Shown one piece after another: positions 1 to 9,354 of a stretch of DNA of 64,000 bases (its first letter is position 1; each line of letters starts with the position of its first letter). The notes under the pieces were generated by a model. The model worked only from the letters and a program-made list of their open reading frames with translations. It was not told the DNA's origin and searched no databases. Both the position numbers and the translations under genes were made by a program. This stretch comes from Parachlamydiales bacterium (GTDB taxonomy: Bacteria > Chlamydiota > Chlamydiia > Chlamydiales > Rhabdochlamydiaceae): NCBI GenBank assembly GCA_027459675.1, contig DAIDHO010000006.1, forward strand, positions 1,509 through 65,508, given 5' to 3'.

Positions 1-2173
1 TGCAGGAGAAGAAGGGTTTTCCAAAGCGAGAACGGCGTTGTGTCATCTTTCCATCGCAGCCGATGGCAGGGCAGGAAGGCATGTCAGAAGCAGGCATGTC
101 CCCTTTTTTAGGAATATTGACGATCCCTTTGCACTTCGGATAATTTTCACAGCCGAGAAAAGGCCCAAATTTTCCAAAACGTAATTTCATCGGCCCTTTG
201 CATTTGGGACATGTTTGATCCCAATCAAAGCCTGGAGCATATTCTTCTTTATTGAAGTCAAGGGCTTCAAGAGGGGCGGTGTAGTCGCAATCGGGATAGT
301 TAGAACATCCATAAAAGTATTTGTTCCGAGACCAAATTTTCTGCAAGGGATGGGAGCATTTGGGACAGTTGCGATCCGTGAGAACTTTTGGAACAAAAGC
401 CTCTTTTTCGGCATTTTCGACGGTAGGGATAAACTCTTTCCAAAATTCTGAGATCAGCTGTTTCCATTTAATTTTATTTTCAGCGATCTGTTCAAGTGCA
501 TCTTCCATGGTTGCTGTGAAAGTAACGTTCATGATGAGCTTGAAGTTGTCTTCCAGCATTTTTGCGATAACGGTCCCCAGTTCGGTGGGTTTTAAAGTTC
601 CCCTATCTTTGATGGTATAATCGCGGCTTTGGATCTTTTGCATGATCGACGCATAGGTGGAAGGTCTTCCAATCCCAAGGCGTTCAAGTTCTTTCACAAG
701 AGAAGCCTCTGTAAAGCGTGGAGGAGGTTTTGTAAAAGATTGTGTGGGAGTGATGCTATGAGCAGTGAGAGGCTGATTTAAGTTGAGAGGCGGGAGAAGA
801 CGGTGTTCTTCGCTTTCTTTTTTTTCTCCCTCAGGGGGCTGGTCTTGTTTTTCTTCATACAATGCTAAAAAGCCTGGGAACTTAATCATCGATCCTGTGG
901 CTCTCAGCACCATTTTTTCAGGGTGGGGGCCGCTGGCTTCGATATCGCACGCAATCGTATCGTAGAGAGCGGGGTTCATTTGGGATGCTATATATCGCTT
1001 CCAAATCAGTGAATAGAGTTTGAATTGATCAAGCGTAAGATATTTTTCTATTTTTTCAGGAGGAAGCAGCAGGTTTGTAGGACGAATTGCTTCATGCGCA
1101 TCTTGTGCGCTTTTTTTAGAGGTAAATAAGCGGGGCTCTTCAGGGACATAGGCTTTCCCATAGGTTTTAAGAATATAGGTTCTTAGAGGAGTCATGGCTT
1201 CAGGAGCAATTCGAACAGAATCGGTACGCATATAGGTGATCAAACCTTCTGCGCCTTCATGACCGAGCTCGACCCCCTCATAGAGGGTTTGAGCGATATT
1301 CATCGTGCGCGTTGCAGAAAAACCAAAATGGCGACTTGCTTCTTGCTGTAAAGTAGAGGTAATAAAAGGAGCGACAGGATTCCGCTTTTTCTCTTTCTTC
1401 TCTACATCGATGACTTTAAATTGAGAATCCTTGAGTTTAGAAACAATTGTGTGGGCGGTTTTTTCATTGGAGATGAGAAACACCTGTTTCCCTTCTACCT
1501 TTTCTTTTTCTATTCTTTTTCCATTCACACTGATCAGGGTAGCAGTAAAAGGAGTTTCGTTTTTCTTGGTCTGAAAATCGACAAAGATCGACCAATATTC
1601 AATGGGTTTAAAGGCTTCAATTTCACGTTCGCGATCAACCACCAGTTTGAGAGCCACTGACTGGACACGTCCTGCAGAGAGTCCGCCTTCTCGCGAGCCT
1701 TGTACTCGACGAGTGAGAATCGGGGATATTTTATATCCCACAATTCGGTCTAGCAGCCTTCGCGCTTGTTGCGCATCTACCAAAGCTTGATCAATTTCAC
1801 GGGGGTGTTTGAGGGCCTCTAAAACGACATCCTTGGTAATGGAGTTAAAGGTGACCCTTTTTGCTTTAGTTTTAGGAGGCAGGATGGATAAAATGTGCCA
1901 CGCAATAGCTTCTCCTTCCCGGTCAGGATCAGGAGAAAGATAGACCACTTCAGCTTCTTTTGCTGCTTTCTTAAGGCGAGCAATGACTTCTTTTTTCTCT
2001 TCTAGGATTTCATAGACAGGCTCGAAATCATCTTTAATATCGATCCCAAAGCCTTTTTTAGGAAGATCTCGAATATGGCCTACAGATGTTTCAATAGCAT
2101 ACCGAGGGCCTAAGATCTTCTTAAGCGACTTAATCTTTCCCGGAGATTCGATAATAACAAGAGCTTTTTTCAT
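1..2173 (-). CDS. topA: DNA topoisomerase I (3' end runs off the window)
   Basis: Absent from the ORF track because it is truncated. Hand translation from ATG at 2173: MKKALVIIESPGKIKSLKKILG, GHIRDLP, SPDPDREGEAIAWH, SAGRVQSVA, LITYMRTDS, AQDAHEAIRPT, LGIGRPSTYA, followed by C-terminal Cys zinc ribbons. Confidence 0.97.
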   Translation of the reverse strand, partial: MKKALVIIESPGKIKSLKKILGPRYAIETSVGHIRDLPKKGFGIDIKDDFEPVYEILEEKKEVIARLKKAAKEAEVVYLSPDPDREGEAIAWHILSILPPKTKAKRVTFNSITKDVVLEALKHPREIDQALVDAQQARRLLDRIVGYKISPILTRRVQGSREGGLSAGRVQSVALKLVVDREREIEAFKPIEYWSIFVDFQTKKNETPFTATLISVNGKRIEKEKVEGKQVFLISNEKTAHTIVSKLKDSQFKVIDVEKKEKKRNPVAPFITSTLQQEASRHFGFSATRTMNIAQTLYEGVELGHEGAEGLITYMRTDSVRIAPEAMTPLRTYILKTYGKAYVPEEPRLFTSKKSAQDAHEAIRPTNLLLPPEKIEKYLTLDQFKLYSLIWKRYIASQMNPALYDTIACDIEASGPHPEKMVLRATGSMIKFPGFLALYEEKQDQPPEGEKKESEEHRLLPPLNLNQPLTAHSITPTQSFTKPPPRFTEASLVKELERLGIGRPSTYASIMQKIQSRDYTIKDRGTLKPTELGTVIAKMLEDNFKLIMNVTFTATMEDALEQIAENKIKWKQLISEFWKEFIPTVENAEKEAFVPKVLTDRNCPKCSHPLQKIWSRNKYFYGCSNYPDCDYTAPLEALDFNKEEYAPGFDWDQTCPKCKGPMKLRFGKFGPFLGCENYPKCKGIVNIPKKGDMPASDMPSCPAIGCDGKMTQRRSRFGKPFFSC

Positions 2174-2327
2174 CCGTTAAATTCAGAGGTTGGGGCTCGT
2201 CCTAAATGCAAAATAGACTCACAAGGCTCTGCAAAGTGACTGAACCTGATTTTTGCAACTGCCTCCTTAAGGAGGATCGGTATACCATTAAAGCACGATT
2301 TCAAACAAGGATTTTGAGCAATTTCCC

Positions 2328-2558
2328 TAGAGCTGTTTCACAACAGGGCAATCGCATTAAAAAAATTTAGATTGAGGACAAGTCACAAGAAGGATGGAAA
2401 AAGGAGGTTATGAGCAACAAAAATCCAAAGATTTTTTCGTCCACCCCAGCACAGCTTTTTTTAGGGGATCTTTACGGAAAAATCGTTGATTTTTCCAAGA
2501 GGGGCGGGAATTTCTGTGGCATATTAAATCCCAACTAAAAAATTGTGAAAAAGCCCTG
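2328..2558. mobile_element. Putative MITE with imperfect 15-bp terminal inverted repeats
   Basis: Left AGAGCTGTTTCACAA versus right reverse complement AGGGCTTTTTCACAA (13/15); non-coding interior; intergenic. Confidence 0.5.
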
Positions 2559-2588
2559 GAATTATACGTTACCTGGAATTACACGGTA
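2555..2588. repeat. 17-bp imperfect tandem duplication
   Basis: CCTGGAATTATACGTTA followed by CCTGGAATTACACGGTA. Confidence 0.8.
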
Positions 2589-2630
2589 CAGGGGTATTCA
2601 GAAAATTGAGGGTTCGATTATTCTAGGTGA

Positions 2631-4175
2631 ATGATGAAGAAGCGGTGGAGTATTGTTGGCATGGGCGTCATTTTAACCGCCTTGCTGGGAATTTGGATCG
2701 AAGGGCGTCATCCCCCTCTGTGTGAAAATTGTGCTTCCCCGGATGGACCCTTTTTTCAAATTTTTTCTTCTCCTGCTCGAGATCCTACCGAACGCCTTAA
2801 AAAATTTAAAAGCTTGGCACAACAAACCTATCCTCATTTCAGGGTGGCTATTTCTAAGGAGGAAGCTCGCTACCCTGAAGTAGAAGAATTTATTAAAAAA
2901 TTTCCTCATAAATTTATTCGATTACCCGAAGGATATGGATCCCCTGAGCTAATTTATCGATGGGTTCATTCGGTGCCCTCGACGGATATTATTGTGTTGT
3001 TCCCTCCTGATGGGGCTTTGGATCTTACTACCTTAGAGCGTCTCAAGAATTTTTATACAGGATCAGCTGCGTGGGTTGCATTTCAGGGTGACATCAAAAA
3101 ATGGGCTCAAAATGGGATCCTTACGAGTTATGCCCGTCTTTTCCAAAAGATCAAGCTCCAAGAGTTTTTAGAACAAGGGAAATTTTCTGAAAATAGGACG
3201 CCGGAAAATCGTCTATTTGAGCTTGCAGGTAGACATGTGCGCCGCTTAAGGGGCACATTTGTGGAGGGGAAAAATTACGGGTACTCGTGGATTGCAAAGT
3301 CTAGAAAGCCCTATCCTCGCTTCCGACCCGAAGAAGAGAAACCGGCCCCTAAAACGGATCTGGTTATTTTTTCCTATGATAGGCCCCTTCAACTCTACGC
3401 TCTTTTAGAATCTATCGATTTGTTTGTGCGTCATTTGGACCACATTTCTGTCATTTATCGTGTCTCTTCTTCCTCTTATGAGGAGGGGTATACGCGGGTT
3501 AAAAAACAATTTCCCACAGTGACCTATTTCAAACAAGGCATCCATCCTGAGCAAGATTTTAAGCCCCTTTTCTTAAAAGCCACGTTTGAATCCTCCAATC
3601 CCTACATTCTATTTGCGGTTGATGATATGGTCGTGCGAGATACGATTGATCTGAAGGAAGGCATCGAACAAATGGAAAAAACCGGCGCTTTCGGAGTCTA
3701 TTATCGACTGGGAAAGCATATTAATTTTTCCTATATGGGTAATAAATCCCAAGCCATACCCCCCTCTATTCCTCTTGGGAATCAGATGTACGCCTGGCAA
3801 TTTGCGTGTGGGGAAGGAGATTGGCAATATCCTAACACGGTGGATATGACGCTCTACCATAAATCGGATATTAAAGGTTTTTTAACAACTTTGCCCTACA
3901 CCCAACCTAATTCTTTGGAGAGTCGATGGGCCCTCAAGCGGAAAATAAGTGGGGTGGGAATTTATTACGCGACTTCTAAAGTGGTGAATCTTCCTCTTAA
4001 TCTGGTTAATTTCTCGGAAAACCGGCATGCGGCTCTCTATACAACCGAGGAGCTTTTAAATAAATTTTTAGAAGGTTTAAAGCTCGACATAAAGCCTTTA
4101 TGCGGGTATCATAATTCTTCAGCTCATATTGACGGACCGGTGAGCTTTATATCTCAAGATGAAACGAAGCGTTAG
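2631..4175 (+). CDS. N-terminally anchored two-domain GT-A fold glycosyltransferase
   Basis: N-terminal TM, degenerate GT2-like domain (QQTYPHFRV), then a second domain DLVIFSYDRPLQLYALLES...YILFAVDD. Confidence 0.7.
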   Translation: MMKKRWSIVGMGVILTALLGIWIEGRHPPLCENCASPDGPFFQIFSSPARDPTERLKKFKSLAQQTYPHFRVAISKEEARYPEVEEFIKKFPHKFIRLPEGYGSPELIYRWVHSVPSTDIIVLFPPDGALDLTTLERLKNFYTGSAAWVAFQGDIKKWAQNGILTSYARLFQKIKLQEFLEQGKFSENRTPENRLFELAGRHVRRLRGTFVEGKNYGYSWIAKSRKPYPRFRPEEEKPAPKTDLVIFSYDRPLQLYALLESIDLFVRHLDHISVIYRVSSSSYEEGYTRVKKQFPTVTYFKQGIHPEQDFKPLFLKATFESSNPYILFAVDDMVVRDTIDLKEGIEQMEKTGAFGVYYRLGKHINFSYMGNKSQAIPPSIPLGNQMYAWQFACGEGDWQYPNTVDMTLYHKSDIKGFLTTLPYTQPNSLESRWALKRKISGVGIYYATSKVVNLPLNLVNFSENRHAALYTTEELLNKFLEGLKLDIKPLCGYHNSSAHIDGPVSFISQDETKR

Positions 4176-5211
4176 TTTCTTGTTTTTGTTTCTTTTACTC
4201 AGTTTTACCCCTTCTCATTCGGACGATATTTTTAATATCGAAATGGGATGTAAGACCAAGCATTGGGTTCATGTCCAAAAAAAACAAGGTTTAGAAGATC
4301 TTGCCACTTTTAGAGAGCTTTTTCATCGTAATGCAGATCTGGTGAAATCGGCTTCAGGCCCTTTTAAAATCCCTAAGATCGTGCATTTTATTTGGTTAGG
4401 GCCCGCTCCTTTTCCTCCTAAGTCTGTTTCCAATATCCGAAGCTGGATCGCTCAAAATCCCGATTGGACGTTTAAATTTTGGACAGACCGTCCTCGTGAA
4501 GCTCCTTGCCATGGAATGGAAACGATTGTAGTAAAAGAGTATCCATTTCCTTATTTGGGACGATGCTATAAATCCTCAACCAATTGGGGAGAAAAATCGG
4601 ATCTGCTCCGCTTCGAAATTTTATTCCAACAAGGGGGCGTCTATGTCGATCATGACGCAAGCTGTCTGACTTCTTTTGAACCTTATCATCAAGCTTACGA
4701 ATTCTATTGCGGTCTTGAAACCCCCCATCCTCCCCTTGTAGGACGTAACATCACGGCTGGGAATGGGTTGTTGGGCTCTCGCCCGGGCCACCCTATCATC
4801 CAACAAGTGATTCACCTTATTGACCAAAAGTGGGATTTGCTTGCACAAAAATACCCGAATAAAGATTCTTTTTCCCAAACCCAAATTGTCATGGAAAGAA
4901 CCTATATTGCTTTGACCGATGCGCTTCATCTGTCTCTTAATAAAGAGAGTTCCACCGATATTGTATTTCCAGCTTCCTATTTCTTTTCAAAGAAAGGGTT
5001 AAAGCCTGTTTTATCCCAACATTTTTTTGCAAACAGCTGGGCTTCTCCCTTCTATAAAAATCCTTTCGAAAAAAAGACAGAGCATTCGATAGTCAAAATC
5101 GAAAAAAAGTTTAGACGACTCAATTTCCTTCAGTTTGCCTTTTTCAGTTTTAATCTAATTTTATTGAGTTTTAGCTTATATATTTTTAATAATACCAAAT
5201 GGGAAAAATAA
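4159..5211 (+). CDS. GT32/OCH1-like DXD glycosyltransferase with signal peptide and C-terminal TM
   Basis: IPKIVHFIWLG, KSDLLRFEILFQQGGVYVDHD; hydrophobic N- and C-termini. Confidence 0.85.
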   Translation: MKRSVSFLFLFLLLSFTPSHSDDIFNIEMGCKTKHWVHVQKKQGLEDLATFRELFHRNADLVKSASGPFKIPKIVHFIWLGPAPFPPKSVSNIRSWIAQNPDWTFKFWTDRPREAPCHGMETIVVKEYPFPYLGRCYKSSTNWGEKSDLLRFEILFQQGGVYVDHDASCLTSFEPYHQAYEFYCGLETPHPPLVGRNITAGNGLLGSRPGHPIIQQVIHLIDQKWDLLAQKYPNKDSFSQTQIVMERTYIALTDALHLSLNKESSTDIVFPASYFFSKKGLKPVLSQHFFANSWASPFYKNPFEKKTEHSIVKIEKKFRRLNFLQFAFFSFNLILLSFSLYIFNNTKWEK

Positions 5212-5286
5212 ATTTATCCTTGATTTTTCAAGGAGCTGTACAAGGAGCTGCAATAGCCCCCGCATTTGGTGTAAAGTGAGGATCTA

Positions 5287-6348
5287 ATGAAAAGATGGAT
5301 ATGGATTTTGCTTCTCCCCTTTCTTTTAGGGTGTTCTAAAAAAGAAGTGGAAAAAGAAAATAAGCATGATTTTATCACCCTGATGGGGCGTAATTTTGCT
5401 GCTTGGAAACATGTTCAGACGCCTGAAGATTTTGAAAATTTAGAATTCTTCAAAAATGTGTATGAGAAAAATATTCCTTTTCTCCAATTCAAATCGATGA
5501 TGTTTCACGTTCCTAAAACCATTCATTTTATTTGGATAGGTCCTAAACCTTTCCCTCGTGAATCGGTAGAAAATATACGGAGTTGGATTGCCAAACATCC
5601 CGATTGGACATTCAAATTCTGGACGGATCGGGATAGACCCCTTCCTCATAAGCAAATGGAAATGGCTCGGGTTCAAGACTTGAAGTTTATTTATACTTAC
5701 GACTGTTATAAAAAATCAGACAACTATGCCGAAAAATCTGATCTGCTTCGCAATGAGATTCTCTATCAAGAAGGAGGGATTTATGTCGACCACGATGTGA
5801 AATGTTTACAGTCCTTTGAAGCCTTCTGTAAGGCATTTGATTTTTTCTGCGGCATGGAAATGCCTTACGAAACCTCGCTGAGTTCAACGGTGCTTCCAAC
5901 GAATAACCTAATGGGCTCACGTCCAGGACATCCTATTTTAAAAAGAGCCATGGAATGGCTGGAAAAAGAATGGGATCGAATTGAAAATGAATACCCAGGA
6001 AAAGACCGCGACGCCGTGATCAATCGTATTTCACATCGCACCTTTAGCGCTATTGGAGAAACATTTAAGCTGCTTGCAAATAAAGAAGGAAACCGTGACA
6101 TTGCCCTTCCGACTTTTTATTTTAATGCCCCTGATGAAAAGCATGCTCTGTTTGCGCGGCATCTCTATAAAGGAACGTGGTTTGAAAATGAGACTTCTTT
6201 TGAAAAGAATGTCCGAGAAAGGCTTATGAAGATCTCCAAAAAAACGAATAAACTTCTGCTGGCTTTTGGAGCCTTTTCTTTGATGAATGTCTTGGGACTT
6301 GTTTTTCTCTATATGAAATATCGCAAGTCGGTGCGGAACGTAGGCTAA
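5287..6348 (+). CDS. GT32/OCH1-like DXD glycosyltransferase, lipoprotein signal and C-terminal TM (paralog of upstream gene)
   Basis: Lipobox LLGC; VPKTIHFIWIG; KSDLLRNEILYQEGGIYVDHD; C-terminal TM. Confidence 0.85.
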   Translation: MKRWIWILLLPFLLGCSKKEVEKENKHDFITLMGRNFAAWKHVQTPEDFENLEFFKNVYEKNIPFLQFKSMMFHVPKTIHFIWIGPKPFPRESVENIRSWIAKHPDWTFKFWTDRDRPLPHKQMEMARVQDLKFIYTYDCYKKSDNYAEKSDLLRNEILYQEGGIYVDHDVKCLQSFEAFCKAFDFFCGMEMPYETSLSSTVLPTNNLMGSRPGHPILKRAMEWLEKEWDRIENEYPGKDRDAVINRISHRTFSAIGETFKLLANKEGNRDIALPTFYFNAPDEKHALFARHLYKGTWFENETSFEKNVRERLMKISKKTNKLLLAFGAFSLMNVLGLVFLYMKYRKSVRNVG

Positions 6349-7026
6349 ATGGAAGCAAAAGAGCTTCTGACCCTTTTTCAAAGGGGCCTTATTCCAGGAC
6401 CTACTGAAAAAGAGGAAGATTTTTTAAGCCGGGTTAAGGCTCACCCTCCTCTTATCGAGTGGGAAAAAGTGAAGCCTCTTCCCTCTCAATGGGGGTTTTC
6501 GGTCGACTGGGTTCCTCTGGTTTATTCTTCTCAAAAGCTTCTTCCCTGGGAAGGAGCTCTTTTCTGGGTCACCAAAGAAAAGTCACATATTCAATTACAT
6601 CCGAAACTTCAATCTCGGTCTCTATGGGGTAACTCTCTGCAAGACATTCTTCACCATGAATCCATCCATGCTGCTCGCGAGGCTTTTAATGAACCTCAAT
6701 TTGAGGAATTTTTAGCTTATTTAACCGCATCTTCTCCCTGGAAAAGATTTTTAGGACCTTTGTTCCAGCGAGGGTGGGAATTTCCGTTGTTTACCCTCTC
6801 TCTTTTTTTTCTTCCCTATACGGTTCCCATTCCTCTCTTTTTTTTTCTCCGTCTTTTCTACAAGCATTGGGTACTTTCTCGAGTTAAAAAGAAAGTTTCT
6901 CTCCCTGTTTTGATCTGTTTGACAGATCGAGAAATTAAAGCTTGTTCCCGTGCAAGGTTTCCCCTTTCAGAGGGAAGCTTAAGAGAGAAACTCATCCGCA
7001 TTTTATTAGACCCCTTGCGTCACTAA
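6349..7026 (+). CDS. Chlamydial conserved hypothetical membrane protein with HExxH motif
   Basis: HHESIHAAR...FEEFLAY; hydrophobic hairpin; directly follows the upstream stop. Confidence 0.65.
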   Translation: MEAKELLTLFQRGLIPGPTEKEEDFLSRVKAHPPLIEWEKVKPLPSQWGFSVDWVPLVYSSQKLLPWEGALFWVTKEKSHIQLHPKLQSRSLWGNSLQDILHHESIHAAREAFNEPQFEEFLAYLTASSPWKRFLGPLFQRGWEFPLFTLSLFFLPYTVPIPLFFFLRLFYKHWVLSRVKKKVSLPVLICLTDREIKACSRARFPLSEGSLREKLIRILLDPLRH

Positions 7027-7094
7027 AGGTTCGTCGATTTTATGGACTTTTTGAGCCTATTTTCAATTCAACTTTAGCTTAAGCAAGAGATCTA
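7007..7094. mobile_element. Long form (88 bp) of TAGACC...GGTCTA palindrome/MITE family
   Basis: Ends TAGACCCCTTGCGTCACTAAAG and CTTTAGCTTAAGCAAGAGATCTA; 36-bp core identical to the reverse complement of the core in 34980..35074. Confidence 0.85.
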
Positions 7095-8366
7095 ACACAG
7101 ATTTACTCTTGCCTTTCTGCGACACGCTGGAGGAATTTTTAAAGCTTTTCGATATTTAGTGATGGTCCGGCGAGCACACGGAACGCCTTGTGCATGCAAC
7201 GCCTCGGTGAGCTGTTGGTCTGAGAAGGGATGCTCTTTATCTTCCTGAGCCAGAAGAGCTTTGATTCTTTCTTTAGCGGTATGATGGGAGACGGCATGGG
7301 TGCTCGTGTGAGGAAAGAAAAAACGAAGAGAATAAATTCCACGCGGGCAGGAAAGAATTTTCTCTTTTACAGCGCGGCAGATGGTGGATTCATGCAGAGA
7401 GAGTTTTTCGGCGAGCTGTTTAAAAGATAAAGGATAAAGATCGGAAGTTTTTCCTTGAAAAAAGTCGTCTTGCACTTCTAGGACAATTTTGACGATAGAT
7501 CTGACAATCTCACTGCGTCGAGAAACCATTTTTTCAATCCATCGAGCGGAAGCCTCAAAATGACTGAGTTGAGCAGCAAGATTTAATTTAAAACGAGGCA
7601 AGGGTGCGTCGTTCAAAGTAATCATCCATCCTTCATTAGACGATTCGATAAAAATATCGGGGATTTGGGTAGGTGCGACAGGTGCTTTAAAAGGAGCTGC
7701 AGGATCCAGGCTTAGGCCGGCAAGTATCTCAATAGCCTTTCGAAGCTCTGAAGGTGTTCCGGGAAGGTTGCCACGGCAATGGATGAAGTCTTGAAAATGA
7801 TCTTGAATCAAGCGGTAGGCAAGAGACTCTTTTTCTCCCTTCTGCACGAGTTGAAGAAGAAGAGAATGTTGAAGATTTTGAGCTCCAATTCCCGGAGGAT
7901 CGAAACTCTGCAGAATCTTTAAAAGCGCCGGATTTACGTTCGAGGAATCGGCTAAAAATCCTTTTTCATCGAGATTGCCGATCAGCTGTTCCATTTCTTT
8001 TAGGTCTTCCGGGGCGGTGAGTACTTCTCGTGCTTGTTGTAAAAGATAGTTAAAAAGAGTTTGAGGAGGGGCAGGAACTTCTTCAAGACCCGGTTCAATG
8101 CCGGGTTCAAGGCGGGGGGCATCGTCTGAAGAGAAGGATTCAAAGGGATTAGAAAATTCCTCTTCTCCTTCGCTCTCTTCCCCCTCTCCCGCCTTTTCTT
8201 CTTCGAACTGAAGGGCAGGATTTTGTTCAATCTGCTGCTGGAGCCACTTAGCAAGGTCCATCACAGGCATCTCTAGGATAGAGAGAGCCTCTCGGAGAGC
8301 TCCTGTTAAAAGAGTTCCTTGTTCGTTTTTTGGTCTTAATTCGTTTTTAATTTTTATTGATCTCAT
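7092..8366 (-). CDS. rpoN: RNA polymerase sigma-54 factor
   Basis: Region I ...QQQIEQNPAL; DPPGIGA; HESTICRAV HTH; RpoN box ARRTITKYR. Confidence 0.95.
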   Translation of the reverse strand: MRSIKIKNELRPKNEQGTLLTGALREALSILEMPVMDLAKWLQQQIEQNPALQFEEEKAGEGEESEGEEEFSNPFESFSSDDAPRLEPGIEPGLEEVPAPPQTLFNYLLQQAREVLTAPEDLKEMEQLIGNLDEKGFLADSSNVNPALLKILQSFDPPGIGAQNLQHSLLLQLVQKGEKESLAYRLIQDHFQDFIHCRGNLPGTPSELRKAIEILAGLSLDPAAPFKAPVAPTQIPDIFIESSNEGWMITLNDAPLPRFKLNLAAQLSHFEASARWIEKMVSRRSEIVRSIVKIVLEVQDDFFQGKTSDLYPLSFKQLAEKLSLHESTICRAVKEKILSCPRGIYSLRFFFPHTSTHAVSHHTAKERIKALLAQEDKEHPFSDQQLTEALHAQGVPCARRTITKYRKALKIPPACRRKARVNLC

Positions 8367-8400
8367 ATCTAATTTTGTTTATTATATAATCGGTATTAAA

Positions 8401-9354
8401 ATGAAAATAGCTATATTTAGTTGTGCAGGCCTAGGAGATTGTCTCCATGCTCTCATCATCGCCGAAAATCTAAGGCGGGACGGGCATGAGCCGGTGACTT
8501 TTCATCCCATGATGAAACAGCTGCAAGGGTGGTTTCCTCAGCTTTCAATCCAGCCTTTTCCTCCTTCCTATGAGGAGTTTGATCGATTCATCATCCTGTA
8601 TGAAAAGTCGCCTTGGATGAAAGAAGTGATAGACCATTGTCTCGACTGTTATCGGAAGGAAACAATCATTCTCAATCCTATTGCCACCCCTAATCGAGAT
8701 TATCCTTATTGGGAAGAAGGGCAATTTGATGGAAGATTTCCCCTGGCCGATAATCTTGTCCATTTTTGCCAAACGATTTTAGGGATTGAAAAGGCTCAGA
8801 AATGCAACGGTCTTGTGGTACCCGAGAATCTATTTGTTCGATCAAAGCCCCACCAAGTGATTATTCATCCTACGAGCTCAAGACGTGGGAAAAATTGGCC
8901 TCGGGCTAAATTTTTAAAGCTCGCAGAGAGGTTAAAAGAAAGAGGTTACGATCCGGTCTTTATGGTCTCTCCCAAAGAACGGATTGAATGGCCTGAAGCT
9001 CCCCCCTTTAAAGATTTGGACGAAATGGTGCGGTGCGTAGCACAAGCGGGCCTCATGGTGGGAAATGACTCTGGCATTGGCCACTTAGCCTCTCTCTTTG
9101 GTATCCCTACCCTTACTCTTTTTAAGAATCAACGGACCGCTGATTTTTGGAAACCGGCGTTTGCGCCCAATATAGCTCTTATTCCTAAAGGGTGGCTTCC
9201 CAACCTGAAGGGGCTCAGATGGCGCGATAAATATTGGCATTGGGGGATTTCAGTCCGGCGCGTGCTCGAAGCTTTTGACAAGCTTTGCGTACTTGGCAAC
9301 CAAGCTGTGAACCCGGCTACTATGGGAAAAGAAGACATCGTAGGTAAGGCCTAA
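8401..9354 (+). CDS. Glycosyltransferase family 9 (ADP-heptose:LPS heptosyltransferase-like)
   Basis: GLGD motif; IHPTSS...KNWP; VGNDSGIGHLA. Confidence 0.85.
   Translation: MKIAIFSCAGLGDCLHALIIAENLRRDGHEPVTFHPMMKQLQGWFPQLSIQPFPPSYEEFDRFIILYEKSPWMKEVIDHCLDCYRKETIILNPIATPNRDYPYWEEGQFDGRFPLADNLVHFCQTILGIEKAQKCNGLVVPENLFVRSKPHQVIIHPTSSRRGKNWPRAKFLKLAERLKERGYDPVFMVSPKERIEWPEAPPFKDLDEMVRCVAQAGLMVGNDSGIGHLASLFGIPTLTLFKNQRTADFWKPAFAPNIALIPKGWLPNLKGLRWRDKYWHWGISVRRVLEAFDKLCVLGNQAVNPATMGKEDIVGKA

Noticed and set aside
187-1790. Short ORFs listed in the track over 187..1790
   Set aside because: Shadow or alternate-frame ORFs of topA, which the track missed because it runs off the window.
4159-6348. 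DXD glycosyltransferases as large clostridial-type or chlamydial cytotoxin fragments
   Set aside because: Proteins are about 350 aa, intact, with signal peptides and C-terminal TMs; no protease or translocation domains nearby.
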